Below, piece by piece: positions 43,322 through 53,856 of a stretch of DNA of 64,000 nucleotides. The translations under genes and the position numbers were made by a program. The DNA is from an uncultured delta proteobacterium. Lineage in GTDB: Bacteria > Desulfobacterota > BSN033 > UBA1163. The notes below the pieces were generated by a model. The model saw nothing but the letters and a program-made list of their open reading frames with translations. It was not told where the DNA came from and did not search any database. The stretch lies in assembly GCA_963827685.1 (NCBI GenBank), contig CAWHBU010000009.1, positions 3,357-67,356 on the forward strand, written 5' to 3'. Each line of letters begins with the position of its first letter. Positions within the stretch are counted from its first letter, which is position 1.

Positions 43322-43901
43322 GGTCGCCTTCTCCATCTCCCATTCTTTCCATTACACTCGGTCCAAAAGATCGGTGCAGTGGTCGGAGCAACCTTGCACA
43401 CGACACCTCCCATGCGGTGCATTGGAATACGCGGAGTATAGGAAGAGTCCGCGGTGTTTTATATTCCCAGTGAAGAGTATGTTCGAACGGCTTTAGGCCC
43501 TTCACCTCAATCTCTTTGGCATCGAGGCTCCTGCTATAGAGTTCTGCAAAGCCACGCAAATGGCCAACTTCAGAAGGCCGAAAGCCCATTAAGCTCGCAC
43601 CAATGCAATCAACAGAAAAGATATCTGGACCTACCCGTAGCAGATTGGGCCTGTGAGCCTGCCCGATGTACGTCGGTCCTCTCTCCAATGCATAAAGACC
43701 GTCTACTACCACCCATGGTGGATAAAGCTTGGCTCCCAAGTATACCCAATACTCGTCTACAGAATGATCAATGTTATGGCACGTTTTCCCGAAATCCTGA
43801 CTTAAGCATCCTTTGAGGTTTTTAAACCCTAAGCTGATCTTGGTGATAGATTGATAATGTTTTAAACCCCATAGCCAGGATTGAAATCCTGGGGTCGTCA
43901 C
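43296..43901 (-). CDS. DUF362-domain protein fragment (C-terminal half only); possible pseudogene
   Basis: ISLGFKNLKGCL...VVVDGLYALERGPTYIGQAHRPNLLRVGPDIFSVDCIGASLMGFRPSEVGHLR matches the C-terminal DUF362 core. The N-terminal 100-150 aa of the family are absent, and the last roughly 40 aa look like non-coding read-through. Confidence 0.4.
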   Translation of the reverse strand: MTTPGFQSWLWGLKHYQSITKISLGFKNLKGCLSQDFGKTCHNIDHSVDEYWVYLGAKLYPPWVVVDGLYALERGPTYIGQAHRPNLLRVGPDIFSVDCIGASLMGFRPSEVGHLRGFAELYSRSLDAKEIEVKGLKPFEHTLHWEYKTPRTLPILRVFQCTAWEVSCARLLRPLHRSFGPSVMERMGDGEGDHVLHGSPV

Positions 43902-43920
43902 GACAATCCTTGCCTCATAT

Positions 43921-45912
43921 TTATAGGGTGCGGACTACCTCATAGGCATCCCATATCGCACCCATTATATTTCGGGTTTCCCTTACATCTCCTATTAAAT
44001 AAAGATTCGGTATCTTGCCAGCCAAGGTTTCATAAAGTTCTCGATTGGATGTTAATCCTACGGATAGCACAAGTGTATCAGCGTTTAGAGTTGTCTTCTT
44101 TACATCCCCGTTCATCAAATGCCCTCCCTCATTCGTGACTTCCACAAGTCGTGTACCAGTCATAACTGTCACGTTATTGAACTTAAGCATATCTAATACC
44201 ATCTGTCTATTTGCATGTGGTACCGGAATGCTTCCGATCATCAGGTCATCGAGCATTTCTATAATAGTCACTATCTTTTTCTGCTCAGCCAGCCAGATGG
44301 CCGTTTCACAACCTATCAACCCACCGCCGACAACGATCACCTTTTCACCAAGCTTTTTCTTTCCCGATAGAACCTCGGGTGCAGTAGTAACCCACTCTTT
44401 CTCTATTCCAGGAATGGAAGGAACAATTGGCTTAGCTCCGGTAGCAATAATGACCACATCGGTTTTCTCGCGATGAATTAGGTTTAAGGTGACTTCGCAT
44501 CCGAATCTTACTTCTACACCAAGATCCTGTATCTCTGATTTGTACCAATCTAGCAAAGCCTGGAGGTCCTTCTTGAACAGAGGCACTCCTGCAGGAATCA
44601 GGTGGCCGCCAAGCATATTGGTTTTTTCGTAGAGAGTAACTCGATGTCCACGGAGAGATGCCGCTCTTGCTGCTTCCAAACCAGCGACACCGCCTCCGGC
44701 AATGATTATCTTCTTATGCTTGTTAGCCCTCTTTAGAGCATATGTTTTCTCACGCCCAGTCACGGGATTGACAGTGCACGAAATGGGTCTGCCTGAGAAT
44801 ATCCTACCTAAACAGCCATCATGATCGCCAATGCAAGGGCGGATCTTTTCTATTCGCCCCTCTTCAACTTTTCGAACCCAAAAAGGGTCACTCAGCAAGC
44901 CGCGGCCCAAAGCAATCATATCCGCTTTTCCTTCTTCAAGAATTTTTTCTGCCAGCTCTGGCTTGTCAAGTTTCCCAACGGCAATGACCGGTATCCTGAC
45001 GACTTTCTTAACTTCTGCCGCCATATCCGCCATGCATCCATGTGCCAGATACGTCGGTGGGTGTGGCCAGTACCAGCTGTCATAGCAACCCGCGTCCACG
45101 TGAAGCGCACCAAAACCTGCTGCCTCAAGTATTTTTGCCATTTCGAGACCTTCTTCTATATCCCTGCCGGCTTCGGTGTATTCTTCGCCAGGTAACGCTC
45201 CCATATTCAGTCCCTTAATATAGTGTTTCAATCCGAACCTGTATTGAACATGGAAGTCTTTCTTCACTTTCTCTTTGATTTCATTGAGGACTTCTATTGG
45301 CAATCTGAGTCTCCCAGCCAGGTCACCACCATACTTATCGGTTCTTTTATTCCAGATACTTGTGGTGAATTGGTCAAGAAGATAGCCTTCGTGGCCATGG
45401 AGCTCTATGCCATCAATTCCAGCTGAAGCCAAAATTTGTGCGGCCATGCCAAAGGACTTAACTAACTTTTTGATTTCCGCCGTTTTGAGTTCTCTACAGA
45501 TTTTTTCTGGTTTCCAATAGTACGGAACTGCGGAGGCTGACACTGGCTGACCGCTGAGCCTACGTGGATTTATTACCCGGCCAAAGCCTGCTGTGAGTTG
45601 CACAAATATTTTTGCTCCAAGAACATGTACTGCCTCAGCCAGCTCTGCGAACGGTGACATTGTTTCGGGCGAGATGATAAGTGGAATACCTCTAAAGTAA
45701 TCAATCTCGTTTTCCACTTTAAATAGACTCGTAATGATCAGCCCCACCCCTCCACGTGCTCTCTCAATGTAATAGTCTATTGCCCTTTGTCCTAAGCTGC
45801 CATCTGGGTTCAACAAACCCACAATCCCCATTGGCGCCATCGCCACTCGGTTTTTTATCTCAACCCTACCGATCTTTATTGGCTCCAAAATTTTTCTGAA
45901 ATTACCCGACAT
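43921..45912 (-). CDS. OYE-family FMN/FAD/[4Fe-4S] oxidoreductase (2,4-dienoyl-CoA reductase / enoate reductase-like)
   Basis: I chose the start MSGNFRKILEPIKIGRVEIKNRVAMAPMG, with GGGAGG upstream. It has a TIM-barrel OYE domain, the Cys motif RPCIGDHDGCLGRIFSGRPISCTVNP, and a C-terminal GG-GVAGLEAA Rossmann domain. Confidence 0.8.
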   Translation of the reverse strand: MSGNFRKILEPIKIGRVEIKNRVAMAPMGIVGLLNPDGSLGQRAIDYYIERARGGVGLIITSLFKVENEIDYFRGIPLIISPETMSPFAELAEAVHVLGAKIFVQLTAGFGRVINPRRLSGQPVSASAVPYYWKPEKICRELKTAEIKKLVKSFGMAAQILASAGIDGIELHGHEGYLLDQFTTSIWNKRTDKYGGDLAGRLRLPIEVLNEIKEKVKKDFHVQYRFGLKHYIKGLNMGALPGEEYTEAGRDIEEGLEMAKILEAAGFGALHVDAGCYDSWYWPHPPTYLAHGCMADMAAEVKKVVRIPVIAVGKLDKPELAEKILEEGKADMIALGRGLLSDPFWVRKVEEGRIEKIRPCIGDHDGCLGRIFSGRPISCTVNPVTGREKTYALKRANKHKKIIIAGGGVAGLEAARAASLRGHRVTLYEKTNMLGGHLIPAGVPLFKKDLQALLDWYKSEIQDLGVEVRFGCEVTLNLIHREKTDVVIIATGAKPIVPSIPGIEKEWVTTAPEVLSGKKKLGEKVIVVGGGLIGCETAIWLAEQKKIVTIIEMLDDLMIGSIPVPHANRQMVLDMLKFNNVTVMTGTRLVEVTNEGGHLMNGDVKKTTLNADTLVLSVGLTSNRELYETLAGKIPNLYLIGDVRETRNIMGAIWDAYEVVRTL

Positions 45913-46309
45913 GTTTGAAACCTCCCGAGCCATAGTTTTTAATCCACTCACCAAACAACGCCTCAATTCAGGATTTTTTTGCACGCGCTATTATTCGAGC
46001 GACTTTATCAACCATCTGAGGCATCAATCTTTAGGCAACCAAATGGAAGGAGATGTTTACAGAATCAACGCTTGGCACTGCATTCAGTGCTGCCGCCGAA
46101 TAAAATACCACACTCATCGTGTGGAAAGGGGCATATTGGGCGGAAGATTTTTTCGATATGCCTTCTGACTGATAGCACTTACATAATCGATACACCCTAT
46201 CGAACACATTCATAAATATTTTGACAAAGGCGTTCAATCCTCCGAAATTAGTCTCAAGCTCCTTCTATTAGCGGAGACCTCCGTATTGTCTTCTCATAGA
46301 ATACTTCTT

Positions 46310-48052
46310 TTAAACCTTTTTCTCCCATAGTATCTTTTTGAGTTTGTTCTTCTCAATCTTGTTTAGGGCATTACGTGGCATGACATCGATCATCTCAAGT
46401 CGTTCGGGGAGCTTATAAACGGCTATATCCTTTTCTTTTAGATAACGAATGATCTCTTCCAATGTAATGTTTTCTCCAGGTTTTGGAACAATGACAACGC
46501 AGAGCTTTTCGCCCAGGCGCTCATCAGGATATCCAATCGCTGCCACTTCATCGATCTTCGGGTGGCCCCCCACCAGATGCTCAATCTCCACAGGACTAAT
46601 GTTCTGTCCTCCTCGGATGATAAGATCTTTATATCGGCCTCTAAAGAGAAACTTGTCCATTTTCTCCCCTTCTATGGAGAATAGGTCTCCGCTGCAGTAG
46701 TATCCGTCATCGTCAAAAACCTGGGCTGTTAGATCAGGCCGTTTCCAATAGCCTGCGAATACCACAGGGCTTTTATATCGGAGCTCTCCCACAACCCCTC
46801 GCTCGGTGATAGTTTCCCCTGTTTCTGGGTTCACCAGCTTTGTTTGTGTAGATTGCATCATTACTCTTCTCGCAAGCTCGCCGGGTATCTTTTCAAGGTT
46901 CTTCCATTCGACCCCTTCAGACCCCCACCTTGGAAAATAGAGAGCTCGGTCCTCTGGGTCAGAAAAGAATATCGGGGAAGAAAGTAGCGCAAATCCTTCA
47001 TTGGCGGCAAATTCGTTCACAATATCTATACCATAGGCGTCCCGGTACCGCTTTGCTATCCAGGGTGCAAGAGGCGAACCCCCGGTGGCAAGAACCTTGA
47101 GAGAACTCTTATCTAACTCCCTCCACTCAGGTAACCGGTCAAGCATAACCAATACGGCCGGAGGTGCCATCGTGTAGTATACTTTTTCTGCGGGAATCTG
47201 TGTGAGGTAGGTATCTGCGTCAAAGGGTTGATGCAAAACGAGTTTACCTGCATTGACCACCCATGGCATAAATGCGGCCCCTATTCCAGCCATGTTGATC
47301 AAAGGAAAGCTGGCAAGAATGGTGCAACGCGGAGGTAACTCACAAAGTACCGGATTATGCATGCCCGTAATCCGCCAATGGTTGTGGCTACGTGGGACCC
47401 CTTTAGGTTCTGCCTCAGTTCCAGATGTCCAGCAAAGGGAGAAAACTTCATTGGGTCCTGATTGTCTCCCTTCAAGATAGTCTTCGGAATATCTTTTCTC
47501 AAAAGGAGTGTCAACTATTTTCTCAAAATGAATGACCCCATCAGGGATTTCTTCATCCACGCCTGTGCCTATGATTATTTTAAGCTTTGGATACTTCGGC
47601 TTAAGCTTTCTTATCATTTCAATGTATTTGAATCTGTTGAATGTGGTTGCAGCAACATAAGCCATGGGCTCACATAATTCTAAAACATACCCCACTTCAT
47701 GGGATCGATATTGGACTCCCAACGGAGTTATAATGGCTCCAATACGCGAAGCGGCCAAATAGGTGACTATTAACTCGACAATATTAGGGAGTTGAACCGC
47801 AATGATATCGTCCTTCTTAATTCCAAGCTCTACAAATTTGATAGCAAGCCTATCCACGGCTTTAATTAACTGAGCATAAGTAAACCTTTTAGGTTCCGTC
47901 CCCACCAATTCTTTTCGATTATAAGGGTCTACGATAGCTTCTTCTTCAGGTGTCTCATGGGCGTTCCTGTACACTAAGTCAACGATGGTCTCATTCCCCC
48001 AATATCCCTTTTCCGTATACTCCCTAATTTGTTCATCAGGAACAAGCAACAT
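46310..48052 (-). CDS. AMP-dependent synthetase/ligase (acyl- or aryl-CoA ligase family)
   Basis: 580 aa. AMP-binding motif WTSGTEAEPKGV, and the C-terminus has GEL...D..G..FRGRYKDLIIRGGQNISPVEIE. Confidence 0.85.
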   Translation of the reverse strand: MLLVPDEQIREYTEKGYWGNETIVDLVYRNAHETPEEEAIVDPYNRKELVGTEPKRFTYAQLIKAVDRLAIKFVELGIKKDDIIAVQLPNIVELIVTYLAASRIGAIITPLGVQYRSHEVGYVLELCEPMAYVAATTFNRFKYIEMIRKLKPKYPKLKIIIGTGVDEEIPDGVIHFEKIVDTPFEKRYSEDYLEGRQSGPNEVFSLCWTSGTEAEPKGVPRSHNHWRITGMHNPVLCELPPRCTILASFPLINMAGIGAAFMPWVVNAGKLVLHQPFDADTYLTQIPAEKVYYTMAPPAVLVMLDRLPEWRELDKSSLKVLATGGSPLAPWIAKRYRDAYGIDIVNEFAANEGFALLSSPIFFSDPEDRALYFPRWGSEGVEWKNLEKIPGELARRVMMQSTQTKLVNPETGETITERGVVGELRYKSPVVFAGYWKRPDLTAQVFDDDGYYCSGDLFSIEGEKMDKFLFRGRYKDLIIRGGQNISPVEIEHLVGGHPKIDEVAAIGYPDERLGEKLCVVIVPKPGENITLEEIIRYLKEKDIAVYKLPERLEMIDVMPRNALNKIEKNKLKKILWEKKV

Positions 48053-48186
48053 AGGGTTCTCCTTTTCATCGTGCTCCAGATTGGCGACTCAGTCTCTTCC
48101 TAATCTCCATCTTGCAGAGATCAGACATGATTACGTTAATGACGACATTTCATCCTCCTAAATTATAGCTTTCCGGACGTTTACCT

Positions 48187-49752
48187 CTACCTGTGGTAAT
48201 CTGGCAAAATTTCATTTACGTACGGATGACCGGTCATTTCTTCTGCACAAAAAAGAGCTGAGTGTACGGCTGCGTCCATGCCGGCGCCCCAGACTTTGGA
48301 ACCATACCCGTCACCCGCGAAGAACAGCCCCCCTAAATTTGGGTATGTCGTTGCAGGCCGGGATTCGTTACTGGGTGGCCAATCACCATAACCCTTATCA
48401 GAGCAAAGCCAAAGTTCGAATTTCTGATTTGCCTCCATCGTTGGGAAGGCGTTATAGAAAACTTCCTTGGTTTTCCTGATCACTTTTTGCACTTTGGCTT
48501 TATCACGTATTTCATGATCTAGAAGAGCGATGGAAAATCCCAAACTATGTTCCCCTCTCTCTACAGGTGCTAAGCTGGGATCCCAATTACCTTTACTTGT
48601 TGAAATGACGTCTACATCGCCGATGAATCCCTCCTCGGACTTGATAATGGAAGGCGCCAACATCCAGCTTTGTGGCTCAACACCAGCGTCTACCAGTATG
48701 TCCGTTTTCAAACCATAGAAAGCAGTCAACATCCCTGTGCTGAAGAAATCTTTTTCCACATGTTTGGGGAAATCTTCAGAGAAAAGTTTCTTAGGAATTA
48801 CTCTAAACATATCTCTGGCGGGCACGGTGCATACCACCTGCTCCGCTGCGATAGGTTGTGTTCCCTTAGGAGTTACAATTTCAACACCCGTTACCTTATT
48901 GCCTTTGAAAAGCACCTGATTGACTTTTGTGCCTAAACGAATCTCGCCGTTGTTCTCGTTGACCACCTCAGCAAGACGAACAGCCACATAGCCGAAGCCG
49001 GCATTGGGCATAACCCCTGTGGCTCCTCCGGTCAGGAGGTTTACACCCATCCTGGCTGCTGCTCGCATAAAACCTGCAAAGTCACGCACAGCAATATTAG
49101 AAGGTTCGCCTGAGACCATATGGATAGAAGCCACGGCTGCTATGTACTCATAGACTTTACGATCTTGTGTCCGTTCTCTCATCCACTGATCTAAAGACAT
49201 CCCTTCCCACTCGGCCATTTTTTTCTCATCCGCGGTAGCCATCTCACGCAACATATTCTTAGTGTACTTGTTTTGTTCTTCGTTCATCCAACCATAGGGG
49301 GCACCTCTCTTTATCTGATATTTCTCCTTTCCATTAGCTTCTATTACCAGAAACCCTTTGCTTCCAGGCATATCTAAGTGCTTACCAAAATGATCCAACA
49401 AACAAGCCATTCTCCCCTTGTTACCCCAAAAGGTGACAGTCCCTCCACATTCCCAACCATAACCATCCAGAAGCTTTTTTCCCAATAGAGTAGAAAAATT
49501 AGGAGTGGTGCTATGTACCCAGGAATAAACGGAGGCCAGGGCTTTCCTAAAGCCTTTAGCATCCAGTTCTTCACCCATATGAGTCACAATCTTGTCACCC
49601 TTGCCCCTGAAAGAAAGCATTCTGCCCCCCAGGTAATTCTCCTTTTCCACAACAAGGACACTTTTCTTCTCTCGCTTAGCCATCAATCCCGCTACGCTTA
49701 GGCCGGCCAAACCAGCACCAATTACGATAACGTCATACTGCTTCTCAGGCAT
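48187..49752 (-). CDS. NAD(P)/FAD-dependent oxidoreductase, phytoene-desaturase-like fold
   Basis: I chose the start MPEKQYDVIVIGAGLAGLSVAG, with GGAGG upstream. It carries a GxGxxG dinucleotide fold, and the C-terminus has GLFFAGDG. Confidence 0.7.
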   Translation of the reverse strand: MPEKQYDVIVIGAGLAGLSVAGLMAKREKKSVLVVEKENYLGGRMLSFRGKGDKIVTHMGEELDAKGFRKALASVYSWVHSTTPNFSTLLGKKLLDGYGWECGGTVTFWGNKGRMACLLDHFGKHLDMPGSKGFLVIEANGKEKYQIKRGAPYGWMNEEQNKYTKNMLREMATADEKKMAEWEGMSLDQWMRERTQDRKVYEYIAAVASIHMVSGEPSNIAVRDFAGFMRAAARMGVNLLTGGATGVMPNAGFGYVAVRLAEVVNENNGEIRLGTKVNQVLFKGNKVTGVEIVTPKGTQPIAAEQVVCTVPARDMFRVIPKKLFSEDFPKHVEKDFFSTGMLTAFYGLKTDILVDAGVEPQSWMLAPSIIKSEEGFIGDVDVISTSKGNWDPSLAPVERGEHSLGFSIALLDHEIRDKAKVQKVIRKTKEVFYNAFPTMEANQKFELWLCSDKGYGDWPPSNESRPATTYPNLGGLFFAGDGYGSKVWGAGMDAAVHSALFCAEEMTGHPYVNEILPDYHR

Positions 49753-49911
49753 ATTGCTAACCTCCTTCGCCTTATTTACTATTTCTCTCTGTCGACGGAG
49801 TCCCAACGTCTCTTTCCATAGGTGTCTTATAAGAACTAATAACTTACCGGATTGCTGAAAAACTCTTTTCTTATGAACTTGATTGACTCCATATTTGTGA
49901 TTGATTTCAAG

Positions 49912-51108
49912 CTACTTCTCACCGAGTTCAGCTAGTTCTTTGGGATATGAAATCATACTGGCAACATGGATCTTCCCATTATCAATCGCCAAAACAAAGG
50001 TCAACATGCCATAGGCACGTCCACCTTGTGTGAACCCTTCATACCTGAGTTTTGGATTTTCTTTAAGAGCCCGGCTAGCCATAGCCCTCACCTTATACAC
50101 GTCTGCCACAGTGCCTGCCAATTCCATTGCTCTCGTTGTATAATAAATCCAGTTGTACCCATAGCACCCCGTCGCTGAAAGATATTCACCCGGCCATCTT
50201 TTGAGGTATTTGTTTCTATAATCTAAGATCTCGCCAGGAGTGCCTGGTATGGGAATACTTGATAATGTCGAATACGAACCTACAAAAAGTGTTCCCTCAA
50301 GATTTTTAATTCCAACCGAATCAATAGTTTTTTGCTTGAAATGTTCGCAATAGAAAAATTTGGCAGTGATTCCAGCCTCCCGTGCCTGCTTTGTAATCCT
50401 GATTCCAGGTTCCTCGAAGGTAATGATATACATGCAGTCGGGTTTGAAGCCTTTCAGTTTTGTTAAGACGGGCATAAAATCTACCTCAGTGGTGGTTTTA
50501 AGATATTCAACAGCGAGTACCTTACCTCCTAACTGCTTGAAAGTATCTGCTATCACAGAGGTGTGCTCTTTTCCAAAATCCGAATCATCGGCAATAACGC
50601 ACAAATTCCTAAATCCACGCTTTACAGCTTCTCTTACTACCGGCGGGTCGTAACCGTTTGGTCTCACCACCTGGTTCAGAACCAGTTTATTTCCTGTCTG
50701 ATTTAAGGACTCAGAAGGACTTATTATATCCACCAGTACTTTATCCTTTTCATTATATGGCATGATTGCTTTTCCGGTTACTGTGCCCATATTGTGAATA
50801 TAATGAATCCCATGTAAATCCACCAATCTCCTATATCCCGCCACTGTATCTGCTGGCCGGTATTTGCTGTCCAGATGCACCACTTCTAAAAGATAGCGCT
50901 CACCTCCAACATGAATGCCTCCTTTCGCATTTATCTCCTCGAGTGCTATGGTCATTGCCCTTTTTGAATCAGCCCCATAAAGAGAGGTTCCCCCAGAAAA
51001 AGAGTTCAAGTGGCCCAATTTCAATGTCTTTTGGGCTAAGGCATCATTGCTTTGAGTAAAAGCGAACCCTATTGCCAACACAACTATTAACCATAGATGT
51101 TTTTTCAT
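49912..51108 (-). CDS. Type-1 periplasmic binding protein of a Liv-type ABC system
   Basis: 398 aa with a signal peptide (MKKHLWLIVVLAIGFAFTQSNDALA) and a LivK-like pattern. Confidence 0.8.
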   Translation of the reverse strand: MKKHLWLIVVLAIGFAFTQSNDALAQKTLKLGHLNSFSGGTSLYGADSKRAMTIALEEINAKGGIHVGGERYLLEVVHLDSKYRPADTVAGYRRLVDLHGIHYIHNMGTVTGKAIMPYNEKDKVLVDIISPSESLNQTGNKLVLNQVVRPNGYDPPVVREAVKRGFRNLCVIADDSDFGKEHTSVIADTFKQLGGKVLAVEYLKTTTEVDFMPVLTKLKGFKPDCMYIITFEEPGIRITKQAREAGITAKFFYCEHFKQKTIDSVGIKNLEGTLFVGSYSTLSSIPIPGTPGEILDYRNKYLKRWPGEYLSATGCYGYNWIYYTTRAMELAGTVADVYKVRAMASRALKENPKLRYEGFTQGGRAYGMLTFVLAIDNGKIHVASMISYPKELAELGEK

Positions 51109-51385
51109 AAGCTTTTCCTCCCTGATGAGTAAGAATATTTATGAAATAATGCCACCACACTATGCCCCAAGAAATGCTGCCTTGATTCTTTCTCACCCCC
51201 TCCCCACCACTTTATTTCTTGGGTACTTCTTTCACAGCTCACCGCCTCTCAGCTGATAGCCTGACCTCATAGATACAAGAGGTACCCCCCGTTAATTCTT
51301 CTTGTGACGCTGTCTAAAGAGAGGAACTAGACTTCTTACCTCCAGCTTTCCCTATCCCCTTCCTGCAATACAAAAAATCAAAATA

Positions 51386-52094
51386 TCAGATTCCCAAATA
51401 AGCCTTTCTTACAAGCTCGTTGTATCGAAGCTCATCACTGGTCCCAGAAATGGTAATCTTTCCCAATTCCATGACGTACCCTCTGTCAGCAATTTCCAAG
51501 GATTTTTGGGCATTCTGCTCAACCAACACAATTGTCAGGCCTTCGCTACGGAGTGTCCGTATGGTCTTGAATATGTTACTTATAACCATCGGCGCCAGTC
51601 CCAGTGAGGGTTCATCCATCAGCAATACCCTCGGTATTCCCATCAGAGCCTCTTCCTATAGCCAGCATTTGGCGCTCCCCGCCGCTCAGCGACCCGGCCT
51701 TCTGCGTTTTCCTACTTTCCAGTGGCGGAAATAAGTTTACTACCCTATCGTAGGCATTCTTGATCAAAGACCGATCTGCTAACAAAACTGTACCCATCAT
51801 GAGATTCTTCATGACCGACATCTCCGGAAAGCACCCTCCTCCTTCCGGACAGATGCAGATGCCTTTTTTGATTACTTCATAGCTTGGTAAGCGTTCAATG
51901 CGATGTCCGTCAAATTCTATCACACCGCTCCGGGGTCTTATCAAACCAACGATTGTTTTCACTAGAGTCGTCTTACCGGCCCCATTTGCTCCCAGAATCG
52001 TAACACCCTCACCTTCTTCCACATCCAAAGACACCATTCTCAAGGCCTGAAACGCGCCATATCCCGCAACAAGTTCCCTTATGCTAAGCAGCAT
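51386..52094 (-). pseudogene. livF: LivF-like ABC ATPase split by a 1-nt frameshift
   Basis: ORF 51612-52094 ends ...[21 protein letters not shown]. ORF 51386-51643 begins [18 protein letters not shown]. Removing one G/C near 51649-51650 restores [19 protein letters not shown]. Confidence 0.7.
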
Positions 52095-52848
52095 ATTCCT
52101 CTCCTAGATAAGCCTTAATAGCTGCCTCATTGTGCCTCACTTCTGGAGGTGTACCCTCTGCGATCTTGGTGCCGTAATTGAGGACTATGATCCTTTCGCA
52201 TAATTCCATAACCATTTTCATCTTGTGTTCGATAAGACATATGGTAACGCCTTCACTCCAAATTTTTCTAATAATACCCATTAGATGATTAATTTCCTCT
52301 ATATTTATGCCTCCTGTAGGTTCATCCAACAGCAATAACTTCGGTTCCGTCGCCATGGCAATACCAATGGCAAGTCTCTTCTGTTCTTCTTGTCCTAATT
52401 CTCCTGCAAAACTGCTGGCCTTTTCTTCAAGATCTATAAATCTGATTATTCCCTCGCAACGTTTGAGCAACCCATCTTCTTCTCTCTTCATCTTTCTCCT
52501 GCTCATGATTGCATTCCACACACTATACTTTGTCTTTGGGACAACGCCTATCACTATATTATTCAAGACAGTTTGATCCATAAAGATTTTTGTCGTCTGA
52601 AATGTCCTCGCAATCCCACGCTGAGCAAGTACATGAGTGGGTAAACCAGTAACAAGCTTTTCGTCAAAGATGATTTCGCCATCGGTAGGAGAAAGAACAC
52701 CTGTCAACAAATTGAAAAGAGTTGACTTTCCAGCGCCATTAGGACCAATAATGCCTAAGATTTCACCTTCATTGACTTCAAAGCTAAGATTATTTATCGC
52801 TTGAAGCCCCCCGAATTCCTTTATTAAATTCCTGACTGTAAGTAGCAT
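52084..52848 (-). CDS. livG: LivG-like ABC ATPase
   Basis: I chose the start MLLTVRNLIKEFGG, with GAGGAAAGGG upstream. Motifs are GPNGAGKST and LLLLDEPTGG. Confidence 0.85.
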   Translation of the reverse strand: MLLTVRNLIKEFGGLQAINNLSFEVNEGEILGIIGPNGAGKSTLFNLLTGVLSPTDGEIIFDEKLVTGLPTHVLAQRGIARTFQTTKIFMDQTVLNNIVIGVVPKTKYSVWNAIMSRRKMKREEDGLLKRCEGIIRFIDLEEKASSFAGELGQEEQKRLAIGIAMATEPKLLLLDEPTGGINIEEINHLMGIIRKIWSEGVTICLIEHKMKMVMELCERIIVLNYGTKIAEGTPPEVRHNEAAIKAYLGEEYAA

Positions 52849-52868
52849 ACCCTTTCCTCGTGAAACCA

Positions 52869-53852
52869 TTAAGTCGCCTTTCCCCGAGTTTGAAAATGTT
52901 TCTTCCACAAATAGGCGATGCCCCCTGTAATGCCCTGTGGCATAAAAATAATCAGGATGACCAAAGCCAAGCCATTGATAAACAATCGGATCTCCACAAC
53001 TGCCTGCAAAAATTCAGATATCAAAATCATGATAACAGGTCCTAATATCGTACCTACTACGCTACCGATACCCCCCACGGTTAGATAAACTAAAGCATCA
53101 AACCCCGTGTGGAAACTGGCATCGTTAGGGGTAAGGACGCCAATATACGATGCATATAAGACCCCGCCGAGCCCTGCTAAGATACTACTAAGCACAAAGG
53201 CCTGGACTTTTACCCACATCGTGTTGATTCCCACGGATTGGCAAAGATCCTCGTCTTCCTTAATCGCAGCAAGACATTTCCCGATTCGCGAATCCTTTAT
53301 GAAATACATTACAAGCCAAAACACCAAAAGAAAGAAAAGAATAAGATAATATTGGGACGTTTTAGAATTGAAGTCGAGTGCAAAAAATGGTCCTGGAATA
53401 ATTCCCGGGCCAGGAATACCTACTAATCCATTAACCCCTCCGGTGAGGCTAGTAAGGTTCCTAATGATGGCAACAAGGATTATGTTAAAACCCAGTGTTA
53501 CGATAACAAAATAGGGTCCTTTAAGTCTGAGGGAAGGTATCCCAATCAAGAGTCCGATAATTCCTGTCGCTGCGCCAGCCATTGGAAAAGCCAACCAGAA
53601 ACCGATGCTCAGTTTTGTAACGAGAACACCATAAACATATGCCCCTGCACCAAACAATCCCCCATGAGCCAGTGAGAGTTGTCCTCCATAACCAAAAATG
53701 ATATTCAAACTCAGACAGAGCATGGTCCAAAGTAATATCACGGTCGCCATGTGCAGAAAGAAACCCGTCGTAGAAATTGCGGGAATGATGATCAGAAAAA
53801 CTATACCCGCGATACCAAAAAGAAATCTTGGAGACAATGATGCTCTAGCCAT
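52869..53852 (-). CDS. livM: LivM-like ABC permease
   Basis: Polytopic membrane protein. I chose the start MARASLSPRF, 4 nt after the livH stop. The longer ORF runs to 53906. Confidence 0.8.
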   Translation of the reverse strand: MARASLSPRFLFGIAGIVFLIIIPAISTTGFFLHMATVILLWTMLCLSLNIIFGYGGQLSLAHGGLFGAGAYVYGVLVTKLSIGFWLAFPMAGAATGIIGLLIGIPSLRLKGPYFVIVTLGFNIILVAIIRNLTSLTGGVNGLVGIPGPGIIPGPFFALDFNSKTSQYYLILFFLLVFWLVMYFIKDSRIGKCLAAIKEDEDLCQSVGINTMWVKVQAFVLSSILAGLGGVLYASYIGVLTPNDASFHTGFDALVYLTVGGIGSVVGTILGPVIMILISEFLQAVVEIRLFINGLALVILIIFMPQGITGGIAYLWKKHFQTRGKAT

Positions 53853-53856
53853 TATC

